Shown here one piece after another: positions 16,028-25,383 of a stretch of DNA of 32,836 bases (the stretch's first letter is position 1; the number at the start of each line of letters is the position of its first letter). A program made the position numbers and the translations under genes. Location of the stretch: NCBI GenBank assembly GCA_043742585.1, contig JAYTYG010000296.1, positions 1 through 32,836 of the forward strand, read 5' to 3'. The stretch comes from Spartobacteria bacterium (GTDB lineage: Bacteria; Verrucomicrobiota; Verrucomicrobiia; Chthoniobacterales; Chthoniobacteraceae). Under the pieces are notes generated by a model. That model made no database searches. It saw only the letters and a list, made by a program, of their open reading frames with translations, and was not told the origin of the DNA.

Positions 16028-16834
16028 TTACGCGCCAAACGAGCCTCGGAGCCGGATGGTATGCTGGGCTTCGACGATGATGTCGTGGAGCTTGACCTCG
16101 CCGGGGGTGAATGCCAGCAGCGCGAAGTCTCGAGTCTCGAGCTTCTGGAGTTGGGGTTTGAGGAGGGCGTTAGCCGCGCTGGCGATCATGCCGTCGCCGC
16201 TGCAGGCCAAGTCGGAGAGCCGCGCATTGAGTTGGTCATCGATCTGGATGTTGCCGCTGACAACGACGGCGGCAGTCATGATAAACATTTTCGCGGTGAT
16301 CTCGATCTTGAAAGCCAGCTTGCGCGGGGTAATTCCTGTCAATTCAAGGGTGGTCTTTTTAATCTCGATCCCTTGTTTGGCTGAGGCTGCCACTGCCAAT
16401 CGGTGCGCGAACATCTCCAGATCTCCGTGCTCGGTGCTTAAGGTGACTTCTCCTGCGGCCGCTTTGCTGAAAACCAGCATCGGCTCATTGGATTTGTCAT
16501 GCGCAAGCGCCAATCCTGCGCGACTGGCCCAAAAGTGGAGTTGCAGCGGGAGTTCTTCGAAGAAAATCGGGGTGGCTTCGATGGCGATCTGGTCGACTGA
16601 AATTTCCGCCGCGCCAGGCGGCATTTTCATCGGCCCGGAAAAGGTGATGGGAGTTGAGGTGCGTGCCAGTTGCGTGCCGGTGACATCCAGGCGGAATGTC
16701 TCCACATTTGGAAAAGTGCCGCCTTCCACCCGGATGTCCCTCGGGGTCACCCCAAGTCGGGCGAGTCCGAGAATGAGGGCTTCGGCCAAGTCGGCGTGCG
16801 AGTCGGGATATTGGGAACCAGCCAAAGGAAGCAT
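16028..16834 (-). CDS. hypothetical protein (268 aa), downstream of recO
   Basis: Balanced, protein-like composition, whereas the antisense ORF is Ser/Ala-rich. A strong Shine-Dalgarno AAGGAGGG (reverse complement of 16841-16848) lies 6 nt upstream of the ATG. No signal peptide. A possible DUF2993/LmeA-like beta-rich pattern is only an unverified impression. Confidence 0.75.
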   Translation of the reverse strand: MLPLAGSQYPDSHADLAEALILGLARLGVTPRDIRVEGGTFPNVETFRLDVTGTQLARTSTPITFSGPMKMPPGAAEISVDQIAIEATPIFFEELPLQLHFWASRAGLALAHDKSNEPMLVFSKAAAGEVTLSTEHGDLEMFAHRLAVAASAKQGIEIKKTTLELTGITPRKLAFKIEITAKMFIMTAAVVVSGNIQIDDQLNARLSDLACSGDGMIASAANALLKPQLQKLETRDFALLAFTPGEVKLHDIIVEAQHTIRLRGSFGA

Positions 16835-16891
16835 AGATAACCCTCCTTGCGCGATCTCCGGGCGTCAAGCATAGGCGGTCGATGAAGGGCA

Positions 16892-17512
16892 TTAAGGCAA
16901 CATTTTGAGGAGCTGGGAGCGGGCGCCCGGGAGTCGGTGGTAGGCGCGCTCGAGCGCGATGGCAGGAGTGACTTCAGGTTGTTGAATGCCGAGTAGCCCG
17001 GCGAGTTCGCGTTCGAAATGCAGCAGCGCCCGCTTCGAGGCCGGGTGCCCGCTCAGATGGGCCAGCGCGCGGATTAGTAGCGCGTAGAGTTCCGGCGCGG
17101 GATGCTCCGGCTCGGTCACTAATTCCCCCAGCTCCACGAAGTAGGCGGCGCAAGCGACTCGCGCGTAGTCCAGGCGCAGGCCTTCATGGGGATTTTTGAG
17201 GACCGCTTCCTGGAGAATATGGAGCGCGCTTTTGCGGCTGCGCACGAAACCGATTTCGCATTCGAAAAAGAGGTCGAGCACCCCCGCAAACTTGCTTCGG
17301 GGGGCGCGCGCTCCTTTGGCGACGGTTTTTACGATGCCCAATTCTGCGCTCAGCCATGTCAGGATGAGGCTGGTCTCGGTGAGCTTGGTTTTGCGCAATA
17401 AAATCGCAGGGGTAACGTCCACGCGCGCCAGCTTAGCTGGAACCCCTCCAAACCATCCACAGATTCGCTCCCGTTTTCTCGGAGTGATCCGCCGATTAAC
17501 GCCGATCTTCAA
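16892..17512 (-). CDS. recO: DNA repair protein RecO
   Basis: OB-fold N-terminal pattern ..AILLRKTKLTETSLILTWLSAELGIVKTVAKGARAPRSKFAGVLDLF.. is typical of RecO. The start is uncertain (ATG 17512 or GTG 17422). Confidence 0.8.
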   Translation of the reverse strand: MKIGVNRRITPRKRERICGWFGGVPAKLARVDVTPAILLRKTKLTETSLILTWLSAELGIVKTVAKGARAPRSKFAGVLDLFFECEIGFVRSRKSALHILQEAVLKNPHEGLRLDYARVACAAYFVELGELVTEPEHPAPELYALLIRALAHLSGHPASKRALLHFERELAGLLGIQQPEVTPAIALERAYHRLPGARSQLLKMLP

Positions 17513-17801
17513 GTCGGCGCCAGGAGTGGCGGCCCCACAAATGCACCGGGCGCGAGCTCCAAAGGTTGAGTGGGCGACCCTGCGTTGCCTCGGTGGAAAT
17601 AGAGACTTCCGCTAAAAGACGACGGGCCGAAGTGCCTGGTGGACGTTCCCCGCAAGTCGCTGGGAATTTGCGCAAATCTGCGGAGGAGTTCCGTATGAAT
17701 GAGGCTCGGTGCCGGGTTTGGCGCCGGGGGGAGAAAATGTTTGCGGCTGCCAGAGCGCTCCGGTAGCTACTGGCGCTCCCTTTCACCAAAATATTATTAT
17801 T

Positions 17802-18113
17802 ATGAGCGACGAGAACAAGCCGGCGGAGCCCACTGCTCCTAAAATCGACACCGCCCATCTGCGGGCCACTTACGCCAATGTCTGCCGCATCGCGCAGACG
17901 CCCAACGAAGTCATCGTGGATTTCGGACTGAATCCGAACTTTTTTGGAAACATCTTGGATGAACCCCTCAAGCTCGATAGCCGGGTGATTCTTTCCCACG
18001 ATGCGGCCAAGCGGCTTTGCCTGCACCTGACTGCCACGATTCAGAATTATGAGGCGCGCTATGGCGTCATCGAACTGGATGTGGCCAAGCGCCTCAAGAA
18101 CCCGTCCGTTTAG
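17802..18113 (+). CDS. DUF3467 domain protein
   Basis: 103 aa from ATG 17802 (MSDENKP..). The YANVCRIAQTPNEVIVDFGLN pattern is characteristic of DUF3467. The track ORF start at 17709 is an upstream extension. Confidence 0.7.
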   Translation: MSDENKPAEPTAPKIDTAHLRATYANVCRIAQTPNEVIVDFGLNPNFFGNILDEPLKLDSRVILSHDAAKRLCLHLTATIQNYEARYGVIELDVAKRLKNPSV

Positions 18114-18140
18114 GCCGTCCGTTTAGGCCGTCCGTCAGAG
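18102..18140 (+). repeat. 13-nt tandem repeat (about 3 copies) overlapping the DUF3467 stop codon
   Basis: CCGTCCGTTTAGG at 18102-18114 (encodes ..P-S-V-stop) and again at 18115-18127, then degenerate CCGTCCGTCAGAGG from 18128. Confidence 0.9.
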
Positions 18141-18198
18141 GCAATTGCGGTGGGCTGGAAAGCTTGGCCCCCCGGGATTTCATCTCTGAAGCTTTCAA

Positions 18199-18236
18199 AG
18201 CGGATTGACCTTTAGTCGGGTCGATCCGCTTTTTTG
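18199..18236 (+). terminator. intrinsic terminator after the DUF3467 gene
   Basis: AGCGGATTGACC (18199-18210) pairs with GGGTCGATCCGCT (18218-18230) with one mismatch, followed by a T-run through 18235. Confidence 0.8.
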
Positions 18237-18286
18237 TTCCCTGTTTGTCCGAAAAATCCGTCGCAGTTCGCGAGGGCCTTACCGAA

Positions 18287-18334
18287 TGCGGGGGCAGACG
18301 GCGGGCTGACTGCGGGGTCAGACGGCGGGCTGAC
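18287..18334 (+). repeat. 24-nt tandem duplication in the sucA upstream region
   Basis: TGCGGGGGCAGACGGCGGGCTGAC and TGCGGGGTCAGACGGCGGGCTGAC (23/24 identical). Each unit contains a GTCAG..CTGAC palindrome. Confidence 0.9.
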
Positions 18335-18581
18335 TTTTCTTCCTCTCTTTCCATTCTTCACGGCTTCGCGTGAGACCGGCCCTGCTCTGTCTGCAAGCGG
18401 AGGGAGGCCGCCGGAGCCGTCGCGACCTGTGTCGTGATGGTTTCGCGCGGGGCTCGCGGCGTCTGCGGATTGCTTGGGTTACAGAGGCGGGGGAGGGGAT
18501 ATTCGGCGGAAATAGCCGATTGGCTACGAATTATCTTTAGGGAGGTTCCTGTGCAGGCATAGATTCCGCCCCCCACATCTT

Positions 18582-21341
18582 ATGGCTATTTCGTTCGCGA
18601 ATCGTTTTAACGCCGATCTGCTCGAGGAAAACTACGAGCGCTGGCAAAAGGACCCGGCTTCGGTTGACACCGCTTGGGCCGCTTTTTTTGAAGGCTTCGA
18701 GCTCGGCTCGGTGCATTCAAGGAATGGACAAGCCGCTGGCGCTGAGTCGGTTGCAGATGCTTCTGGAGGCGCGGGCAGTGACTCTCTGCAAACCCGGGTG
18801 GATGGGCTGGTGTATGCCTACCGTACGTTGGGTCACACCATTGCGAATCTGGATCCTCTGGCCAAAGCGCGTCCGGAAAATCCCATGCTCAGTCTGAGGG
18901 ATCTGGGGTTCGACTCCAAAGACATGGAGATCGAAGTGAGCTCGAAGTTTTTCCTGGGCGGCAAACGCATGCGGCTCCGGGAGATGATTGCTAGTTTGGA
19001 GGCCATCTATTGCGGGTCGATCGGCGCCGAGTTCATGCATATCCAGAATCCACGGGTGCGCAACTGGATGCGGGAGAAGATCGAGGCGCGTTCGAGCGCG
19101 GCGCCTTTGCCGGCGGACACCCAGCGGCGGATGCTGCGCCAGATTCATGCGGTGGAGACCTTTGAGCACTTTCTGCATACCCGCTATGTGGGGCAGAAGC
19201 GGTTCTCGATCGAAGGCGCTGAGTCGGTGATCGTAGCTTTGCACGGGTTGCTGGAGAGTTGCCCACAATTTAAGGTGGAAGAGATCGTCATGGGCATGGC
19301 GCATCGGGGGCGGCTGAGCGTGATCCGGGAGTTTTTGCAGAAGCCATTGCGGGTGATGTTCGCGGAGTTTTCCGAGAACTTTTCGCCCAACACCGTCGGC
19401 GGCGACGGGGATGTGAAATATCATCTGGGTTACACCACCGAGCGCAAACTCGAGGACGGCAGCGAGGTATTGCTGCGGTTATCGGCGAATCCCAGCCACT
19501 TGGAAGCGGTGGATCCCGTGGTCGAAGGCATGGCGCGAGCCCGCCAACGCATTCGCAATGATTCCGTCGAGCGCTCCAAAGTGGTCCCGGTGCTCATCCA
19601 CGGGGACGCGGCATTTGCGGGGCAGGGGATTGTGGCGGAAGTGCTCAACATGTCGCAGTTGCAGGGGTATCGCACGGGGGGCACGATCCATATCATCGTC
19701 AATAACCAGATTGGGTTCACGACTTTGCCGGCCGACGCCCGTTCGTCGAGATACTGCACAGACGTGGCCAAGATGATCGAGGCGCCGGTGCTCCATGTGA
19801 ATGGCGATGATCCCGCAGCGGTGCGCTTTTGCGCGGAGCTGGCCTTTGAGTTCAGGCAGCAGTTCAAGTGCGACGTGATTATCGATATGTATTGTTATCG
19901 GCGTTATGGTCATAACGAGACCGATGAGCCGCTCTTTACCCAGCCTTCGCTCTATGCCGAGATCAGCTCACACCCTTCGGTCGGGACGATTTTTAAACAA
20001 AAGCTCATCGCCTCCGGCGTGCTCACTGCCGAGGATGCGGCGGCGCTGAAAAAGGAGTCCGACGCCCAATACGAGGCGGCTTTCACCGAGGTGAAGGCGG
20101 CGGAGCAGGATCAGACGATCAATAAATTTAGCGAGTCTACGGCGGTTTTCCAGCCAGCCTATTCGCATTTGCCGGTGCAAACAGCCATTTCCCGGGAGCG
20201 CGTGGAGCAAATCGTCAAGGGCCTGACTTCAGTGCCCGAGGGATTTCATACGCTGCCGAAGCTGAAGAAGTTTTTCCTGGATAAACGGGCCGAGGTTTTT
20301 AAGCGCGGGGACGGGTTTGACTGGGCGTTTGCGGAGGCGTTGGCAATGGGGTCGCTGTTGATCGAAGGCGTGCCGATCCGTTTGAGCGGGCAGGATTGCC
20401 GGCGCGGCACATTTAGTCAGAGGCACGCTTACTTTTACGATGAGAAGACCCGGGACAGGTATTGCCCGCTGCAACATCTGACGCCGGATCAGGGACGGTT
20501 GTGTATCTATAACTCGTTGTTGAGCGAACAGGCGGTGCTGGGGTTTGATTACGGGTATTCGCTCAATTATCCCGAGATGCTTTGCCTCTGGGAGGCGCAG
20601 TTCGGGGATTTCTCGAATGGTGCGCAGGTCATCATCGACCAGTTTATTGCGTCGGCGGAATCCAAGTGGCAGCGGCCCAGTGGGATCGTGTTATTGTTGC
20701 CGCATGGTTATGAAGGGCAGGGGCCGGAGCATTCGAGCGCGCGCCTGGAGCGGTTCCTGCAGCTCTGCGCGGAGGATAATATCCAGGTGTGCAACCTGAC
20801 TTCGCCTGCTCAGTATTTTCATCTCCTGCGGCGCCAGATGAAGCGGGCCTTCCGCAAGCCTTTGGTGATCATGACTCCCAAGAGCATGCTGCGCCTTGAG
20901 GCCGCTGGCTCCAAGCTCGAGGATTTCACGAATGACTGTTTCCACGAGATCCTGCATGCGCCGCTGCTGGCGAAGAAAGAGAAGATTACGCGCCTGGTTT
21001 TCTGCACTGGTAAAATCTATTTCGATCTCCTGAAGTTTCGGGATGAGCAAAAAATCACGAACACGGCGTTCATCCGAGTCGAGCAGCTTTACCCGCTCGA
21101 TGAAGAACAATTGATGGCTGCGGTGAAAAGTTATCCGAAGGCCAAAACATTTGTTTGGTGCCAGGAAGAGTCCCAGAACATGGGGGCCTGGGGTTTCATC
21201 GGCTGGCAATTGCGCCGGCTCTTGGACCAACCGCTCTGGTATTCGGGGCGCGCAGCCAGTGCGAGCCCGGCGGTGGGCTCGCTCGGTATTCACAAAAGGG
21301 AGCAGAAGCTCATCGTCGAGGACGCCTTTACACTGGGCTAA
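18582..21341 (+). CDS. sucA: 2-oxoglutarate dehydrogenase E1 component
   Basis: 919 aa. Full-length SucA-like pattern including TPP-binding regions (..GDAAFAGQGIVAEVLNMS.., ..HGYEGQGPEHSSARLERFLQL..). Confidence 0.95.
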   Translation: MAISFANRFNADLLEENYERWQKDPASVDTAWAAFFEGFELGSVHSRNGQAAGAESVADASGGAGSDSLQTRVDGLVYAYRTLGHTIANLDPLAKARPENPMLSLRDLGFDSKDMEIEVSSKFFLGGKRMRLREMIASLEAIYCGSIGAEFMHIQNPRVRNWMREKIEARSSAAPLPADTQRRMLRQIHAVETFEHFLHTRYVGQKRFSIEGAESVIVALHGLLESCPQFKVEEIVMGMAHRGRLSVIREFLQKPLRVMFAEFSENFSPNTVGGDGDVKYHLGYTTERKLEDGSEVLLRLSANPSHLEAVDPVVEGMARARQRIRNDSVERSKVVPVLIHGDAAFAGQGIVAEVLNMSQLQGYRTGGTIHIIVNNQIGFTTLPADARSSRYCTDVAKMIEAPVLHVNGDDPAAVRFCAELAFEFRQQFKCDVIIDMYCYRRYGHNETDEPLFTQPSLYAEISSHPSVGTIFKQKLIASGVLTAEDAAALKKESDAQYEAAFTEVKAAEQDQTINKFSESTAVFQPAYSHLPVQTAISRERVEQIVKGLTSVPEGFHTLPKLKKFFLDKRAEVFKRGDGFDWAFAEALAMGSLLIEGVPIRLSGQDCRRGTFSQRHAYFYDEKTRDRYCPLQHLTPDQGRLCIYNSLLSEQAVLGFDYGYSLNYPEMLCLWEAQFGDFSNGAQVIIDQFIASAESKWQRPSGIVLLLPHGYEGQGPEHSSARLERFLQLCAEDNIQVCNLTSPAQYFHLLRRQMKRAFRKPLVIMTPKSMLRLEAAGSKLEDFTNDCFHEILHAPLLAKKEKITRLVFCTGKIYFDLLKFRDEQKITNTAFIRVEQLYPLDEEQLMAAVKSYPKAKTFVWCQEESQNMGAWGFIGWQLRRLLDQPLWYSGRAASASPAVGSLGIHKREQKLIVEDAFTLG

Positions 21342-21360
21342 ACCGGAGGCGCAGATTTGT

Positions 21361-21432
21361 TTATGAATGTTGAGGGTTCGGCGGGCGCCGGTGGAGTTAA
21401 ACCCTAAGGCTTCTCAGCGCTCTTCATTCAGC
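21361..21432 (+). repeat. copy of the ATGAA-armed dispersed element in the sucA-sucB spacer
   Basis: TTATGAATG..GGTTCGGCGGGCGCCGGTGGAGTTAAACCCTAAGGCTTCTC..CTTCATTCA. It is collinear with the 26186-26256 copy (shared GGTTCGG, GTTAA, AGGCTTCTC, TTCAT arms). AGGGTT/AACCCT and TGAATG/CATTCA can pair. Confidence 0.65.
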
Positions 21433-21553
21433 CTTCCTAATTCCTGACAGTCGTGACCTGGCTGGCCCGCTTTTTCAGTCGATAAACCTCAGTCGCTTCT
21501 GGCGCTGATTGCCCGAATTTCAACCGCATTTTACACACCCAAATTACTTACTC

Positions 21554-22726
21554 ATGAGCGTCGAAGTCAAAATCCCAGCGGTCGGTGAATCGATCACCAG
21601 CGGCTTGATCTCCACCTGGCATAAAAACGACGGGGACGCCGTGGCCGTGGGCGATGTGTTGCTGACGCTCGAGACCGATAAGGTCTCGACCGAGATCACG
21701 GCGGAGAAGTCCGGCGTGCTTAAAATCAAGGTGGCGGCGGGTGAAGAAGTGAAGATTGGCGAGGTGGTGGCGTTCATTGATGAAGCTGGAGCGGTGGCCC
21801 AGTCAGCGCCTACGGCCAAAGCCGCGCCTGAGGCCAAGGCCGTGGCCCCGTTGGCGTCGCCCGCTGAAGTGGCGCCTGCGCACACGCTCAAGGCCACGCC
21901 AGTGCCTAAAACCCCGGCCATTCCCGAGGCTAAGTCTTTGGCGCCCAGTATTTCCGCTGCCCTGGCCGGTGCGAGCCAAGGGCTTTCGCTGCCAGCCGAA
22001 AGTTCAGCGCCTGTGGTGAATGACGGGGGCCGGATCGTGCGCAAGCGGCTGTCCCCATTGCGGCGCAAAATTGCGGCGCAATTGGTGATGGCGCAGCATA
22101 CGGCAGCGATCCTGACAACGTTTAACGAATGCGACATGAGCGCCGTGATGAAGTTGCGCAGTGAGATGCAGGATGCCTTCACCAAGGAGCACGGCCTCAA
22201 GCTCGGCTTTATGTCGCTCTTTATTAAGGCCACAGTCAGCGCCCTTAAATCTGTGCCCTCCATCAACGGGCGCATGGATGGCGAGGATTTCGTTCAGAAC
22301 CATTTTTACGACGTAGGCGTCGCGGTCGGTACCGAACGCGGTTTGGTCGTGCCAGTCATTCGGGACGCGGATCAGAAGTCGTTTGCGGAGATCGAGCGCG
22401 ACCTGTCCGCGTACGCGCTCAAAGCGCGCGAAGGCAAGATCAAGATCGAGGACTTGCAGGGCGGAGTGTTTACGATCTCCAACGGCGGCGTCTATGGTTC
22501 GCTGCTGAGCACCCCGATTCTTAACCCGCCCCAGAGCGGAATTTTGGGCATGCACAAGATCCAGGACCGGCCCGTGGCGGTGAATGGGCAGGTGGTGATC
22601 CGGCCGATGATGTATCTCGCGTTGAGCTACGATCATCGGGTGGTGGATGGGAAGGAAGCCGTGACGTTCCTGATTCGGATCAAGGAATGCATCGAAAACC
22701 CAGCCCGACTTCTGCTCGGACTCTAA
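21554..22726 (+). CDS. sucB: dihydrolipoyllysine-residue succinyltransferase (2-oxoglutarate dehydrogenase E2)
   Basis: Lipoyl domain (..[10 protein letters not shown]..), an Ala/Pro-rich linker and a catalytic domain ending ..[14 protein letters not shown]... ATG at 21554 (MSVEVKIP) is preferred over TTG at 21509. Confidence 0.93.
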   Translation: MSVEVKIPAVGESITSGLISTWHKNDGDAVAVGDVLLTLETDKVSTEITAEKSGVLKIKVAAGEEVKIGEVVAFIDEAGAVAQSAPTAKAAPEAKAVAPLASPAEVAPAHTLKATPVPKTPAIPEAKSLAPSISAALAGASQGLSLPAESSAPVVNDGGRIVRKRLSPLRRKIAAQLVMAQHTAAILTTFNECDMSAVMKLRSEMQDAFTKEHGLKLGFMSLFIKATVSALKSVPSINGRMDGEDFVQNHFYDVGVAVGTERGLVVPVIRDADQKSFAEIERDLSAYALKAREGKIKIEDLQGGVFTISNGGVYGSLLSTPILNPPQSGILGMHKIQDRPVAVNGQVVIRPMMYLALSYDHRVVDGKEAVTFLIRIKECIENPARLLLGL

Positions 22727-23042
22727 TGCGCGACTGACGTCTCGCGCCTTGCGTGCAAAGGCATCGAGAGGTCGGCTCCGCGCACGTGCGAGCAGCAGGG
22801 GAGACCGGGCCGCTTCGCACAAAGGCGCAAAGAATGGTAAGCGCGGGGGATGGAGCTAGCCCGCGCTTTCCAGTCAATGCCGGCGTCTTTGATTCCGTCA
22901 CGCCTTCGCCCCTGCGCGCGAGATCGCCTCTTAACGCCGGGAAGTGCGTCGGTAGTTTGGGCCGGGCGCCGATCCGGAGCTGTTTTAAAAGTGAATTGAA
23001 GATTGTATCGCAACCCGAGCGGAATTAAGCCCCCAAGCGCGC

Positions 23043-23900
23043 ATGCCCACGAAAAAATCCATTTCTGCCCCCGCTCCCCACGATCCGATTACGGTGGCTC
23101 TGGCCGAAGACATCGGGTCCGGCGATCTGACGTCGACCTATTTTGTGGGCACCGAGGTGCGGCGCGCCCGGGTCTTTGTGAAGCAAACCGGCGTGGCTGC
23201 GGGAGTGGAAACAGCGGCGGAAGTGTTCCTTCGGGTGGATCCCACGCTCGATGTGAAAGTCGTGGCGGCTTCAGGCTCCCGCGTTTTAAAAGGGGCCACG
23301 GTTTTGGAGATTGAAGGCCCGGTGCGTTCCATCCTCACTGCGGAACGCGTGGCCCTGAATTTCGTGCAGCGCCTTTCGGGCGTCGCCACGCTGACCCGGC
23401 GCTTTGTGGACGCGGCCGGGAAACACAAGGCACGGATTTTGGATACGCGCAAGACCACGCCTGGGCTGCGGGCTTTGGAGAAGGCGGCGGTGGTGGCTGG
23501 CGGGGGCTGTAATCACCGCTTTGGTTTGTATGACATGGTCATGATTAAAGATAATCATCTGCTTGCTGCGGGCCAGACCGCCTCGCTGCAGGAGGCCGTC
23601 TCCGTGTTCCGCGCGGCGCATCCCGGGATCCGAGTGGAATTGGAGGCGGACACGTTGCAGCAGGTTCGCGAGTTTGTGACTATTGTCGGTGTCGATGTGA
23701 TACTTTTGGATAACATGAGCACTGGTGAAATGCGCGAAGCGGTGCGCTTGCGGACCGATGCGGTGCAATTCGAAGCCAGCGGTGGCGTGACGTTGGAAAC
23801 CATCGGCGCCATTGCCGCGACCGGGGTGGACTTTATTTCGATCGGGGCGCTCACGCATTCGGCGGCGGCTTTGGACTATTCGCTCGAGTTGTTGCCGTGA
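23043..23900 (+). CDS. nadC: nicotinate-nucleotide diphosphorylase (carboxylating)
   Basis: 285 aa with the typical QPRTase pattern (..ERVALNFVQRLSGVATLT.., ..ILDTRKTTPGLR.., ..IMIKDNH.., ..LLDNM..). Confidence 0.92.
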   Translation: MPTKKSISAPAPHDPITVALAEDIGSGDLTSTYFVGTEVRRARVFVKQTGVAAGVETAAEVFLRVDPTLDVKVVAASGSRVLKGATVLEIEGPVRSILTAERVALNFVQRLSGVATLTRRFVDAAGKHKARILDTRKTTPGLRALEKAAVVAGGGCNHRFGLYDMVMIKDNHLLAAGQTASLQEAVSVFRAAHPGIRVELEADTLQQVREFVTIVGVDVILLDNMSTGEMREAVRLRTDAVQFEASGGVTLETIGAIAATGVDFISIGALTHSAAALDYSLELLP

Positions 23901-24895
23901 TTTCACTGGATGCGGCGCTGCTGCAAGCGCTGCGCGCTCATTCCCTGTATTGCTCGGGCTCAGAGCTGGCCCAGCAATTGCAAGTCACGCTCTCCGTGCT
24001 CGAAGCGCGGATCGAGGAGCTGCGGCTGGCCGGATTTGAAATCCTGGAGCGGCCCGGTTTGGGTTACCGACTGGAGTCAGCGCCAGACCGATTGATCGCC
24101 GATGATCTTTTATCGCGGCTGGGCGCGCAGGATCTCATCCGTGAGATATTGGTGTTTGCAGAAACCGATTCCACCAACGAGCGGGCCGCCGAACTCGGCC
24201 GCAACGGCGCTGCGCAGGGGGTCGCGATTTTTGCCGAGCGCCAGCAAGCCGGCCGGGGCCGCTTTGGGCGACGCTGGGAATCGGCCTCGCATCTTGGTTT
24301 GTGGCTTTCGCTGCTGTTGCGGCCGGGTTATCCGATGCTGAATTGGCCCCGGTTGACGACGACGGCAGCGGTGGCGATGGCTGCGGCGATCGAGGAGAGT
24401 GTGCCGGGTGTAGGGCCCGTGCAGATCAAATGGCCCAATGACATTTATATCGCCGGTAGAAAAGTGGCTGGAATTCTCATTGAAACGGGAATCGATCGTG
24501 CCCAGCAGCCTTTCGCCGTGTTGGGGATGGGGCTCAATGTGAATCATGCGGCCTCGGATTTTCCCGCTGAGCTCGCAGATAAGGCGTCTTCTCTGCGGGA
24601 AGCGGCCGGGCACAATGTCGATCGCGCGGCTTTGGCGGTGAAGATTTTCCAGAACCTTGAGCCGGCGCTGGCGGATGTTGAGTTTGGCTTTGCGCGGATT
24701 GTGGCCGAGGCGTCCAGGCGCAGTTCGCTCTTGGGGCGTTGGATTCAACTCCGTGTGGGGGACTCGGTGCTGGAGGGCGTGGCGGAGCAGCTCGATGCCG
24801 AGGGGCATTTGCTCCTGCGCCATGCCGACGGCACGTTGCATCGGCAGAGCGCCGGCGAGGTCAGCGTGCTCGCTTTCAGGAATTATGAAGGATGA
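23897..24895 (+). CDS. birA: bifunctional biotin--[acetyl-CoA-carboxylase] ligase / biotin operon repressor-type protein
   Basis: N-terminal winged-HTH-like segment. Biotin ligase motifs QQAGRGRFGRRW and KWPNDIYIAGRKVAGILIE. The GTG start overlaps the nadC stop (GTGA). Confidence 0.9.
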   Translation: MISLDAALLQALRAHSLYCSGSELAQQLQVTLSVLEARIEELRLAGFEILERPGLGYRLESAPDRLIADDLLSRLGAQDLIREILVFAETDSTNERAAELGRNGAAQGVAIFAERQQAGRGRFGRRWESASHLGLWLSLLLRPGYPMLNWPRLTTTAAVAMAAAIEESVPGVGPVQIKWPNDIYIAGRKVAGILIETGIDRAQQPFAVLGMGLNVNHAASDFPAELADKASSLREAAGHNVDRAALAVKIFQNLEPALADVEFGFARIVAEASRRSSLLGRWIQLRVGDSVLEGVAEQLDAEGHLLLRHADGTLHRQSAGEVSVLAFRNYEG

Positions 24896-24905
24896 ATTAT
24901 GAAAA
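24880..24905 (+). repeat. AATTATGAA module duplicated across the birA stop codon
   Basis: AATTATGAAGG at 24881-24891 encodes the last residues (N-Y-E-G). The TGA stop is at 24893-24895. AATTATGAAAA follows at 24895-24905. Confidence 0.8.
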
Positions 24906-24930
24906 ACGGCAATGCATCCGGAATTGATCG

Positions 24931-24955
24931 GCAGATTGACGCAGATTGACGCAGA
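24931..24955 (+). repeat. 10-nt tandem repeat GCAGATTGAC x2.5
   Basis: GCAGATTGAC GCAGATTGAC GCAGA. Confidence 0.9.
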
Positions 24956-25041
24956 AATTTTAAGAGGATGAGAACGAGCCAAAGCAGTCGAGGGTGAAAG
25001 GACTCCTTTCTACGCCCAACGGGGCAGCTCTATGCCAGCCC

Positions 25042-25073
25042 AGGTAACGACCTAGGTAACGACCTAGGTAACC
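25042..25073 (+). repeat. 12-nt tandem repeat AGGTAACGACCT x2.7
   Basis: Units at 25042-25053 and 25054-25065, plus a partial unit at 25066-25073. Confidence 0.9.
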
Positions 25074-25383
25074 GGGAGCGGAACCGAACGAGCCCTGAAA
25101 GGGCGGCCGAAGCTGCCGCGCTAATCCCAAATATACGGCGCATCTGCGCCTTCAACCGGCGGGTGAGGTCTTTTCGCCGCTTGCCGTCTCCGGATTTTGA
25201 TCATCCAAAATTTCTCACAGCGTCCTCGGCCGCTTTTCTGACTGTTTTGCTGAGGGCGGCCGCCTCGTGTTTTTGAGACCGGCAGTGATGCCTACGGCTA
25301 GGCGCGGGTGATTTCTGAGTGGAAATCCGGAGGGCGAGTATGTCTCCTGCTAGTCACCGGGGCCTTGGCAAAGGGATTGATTT

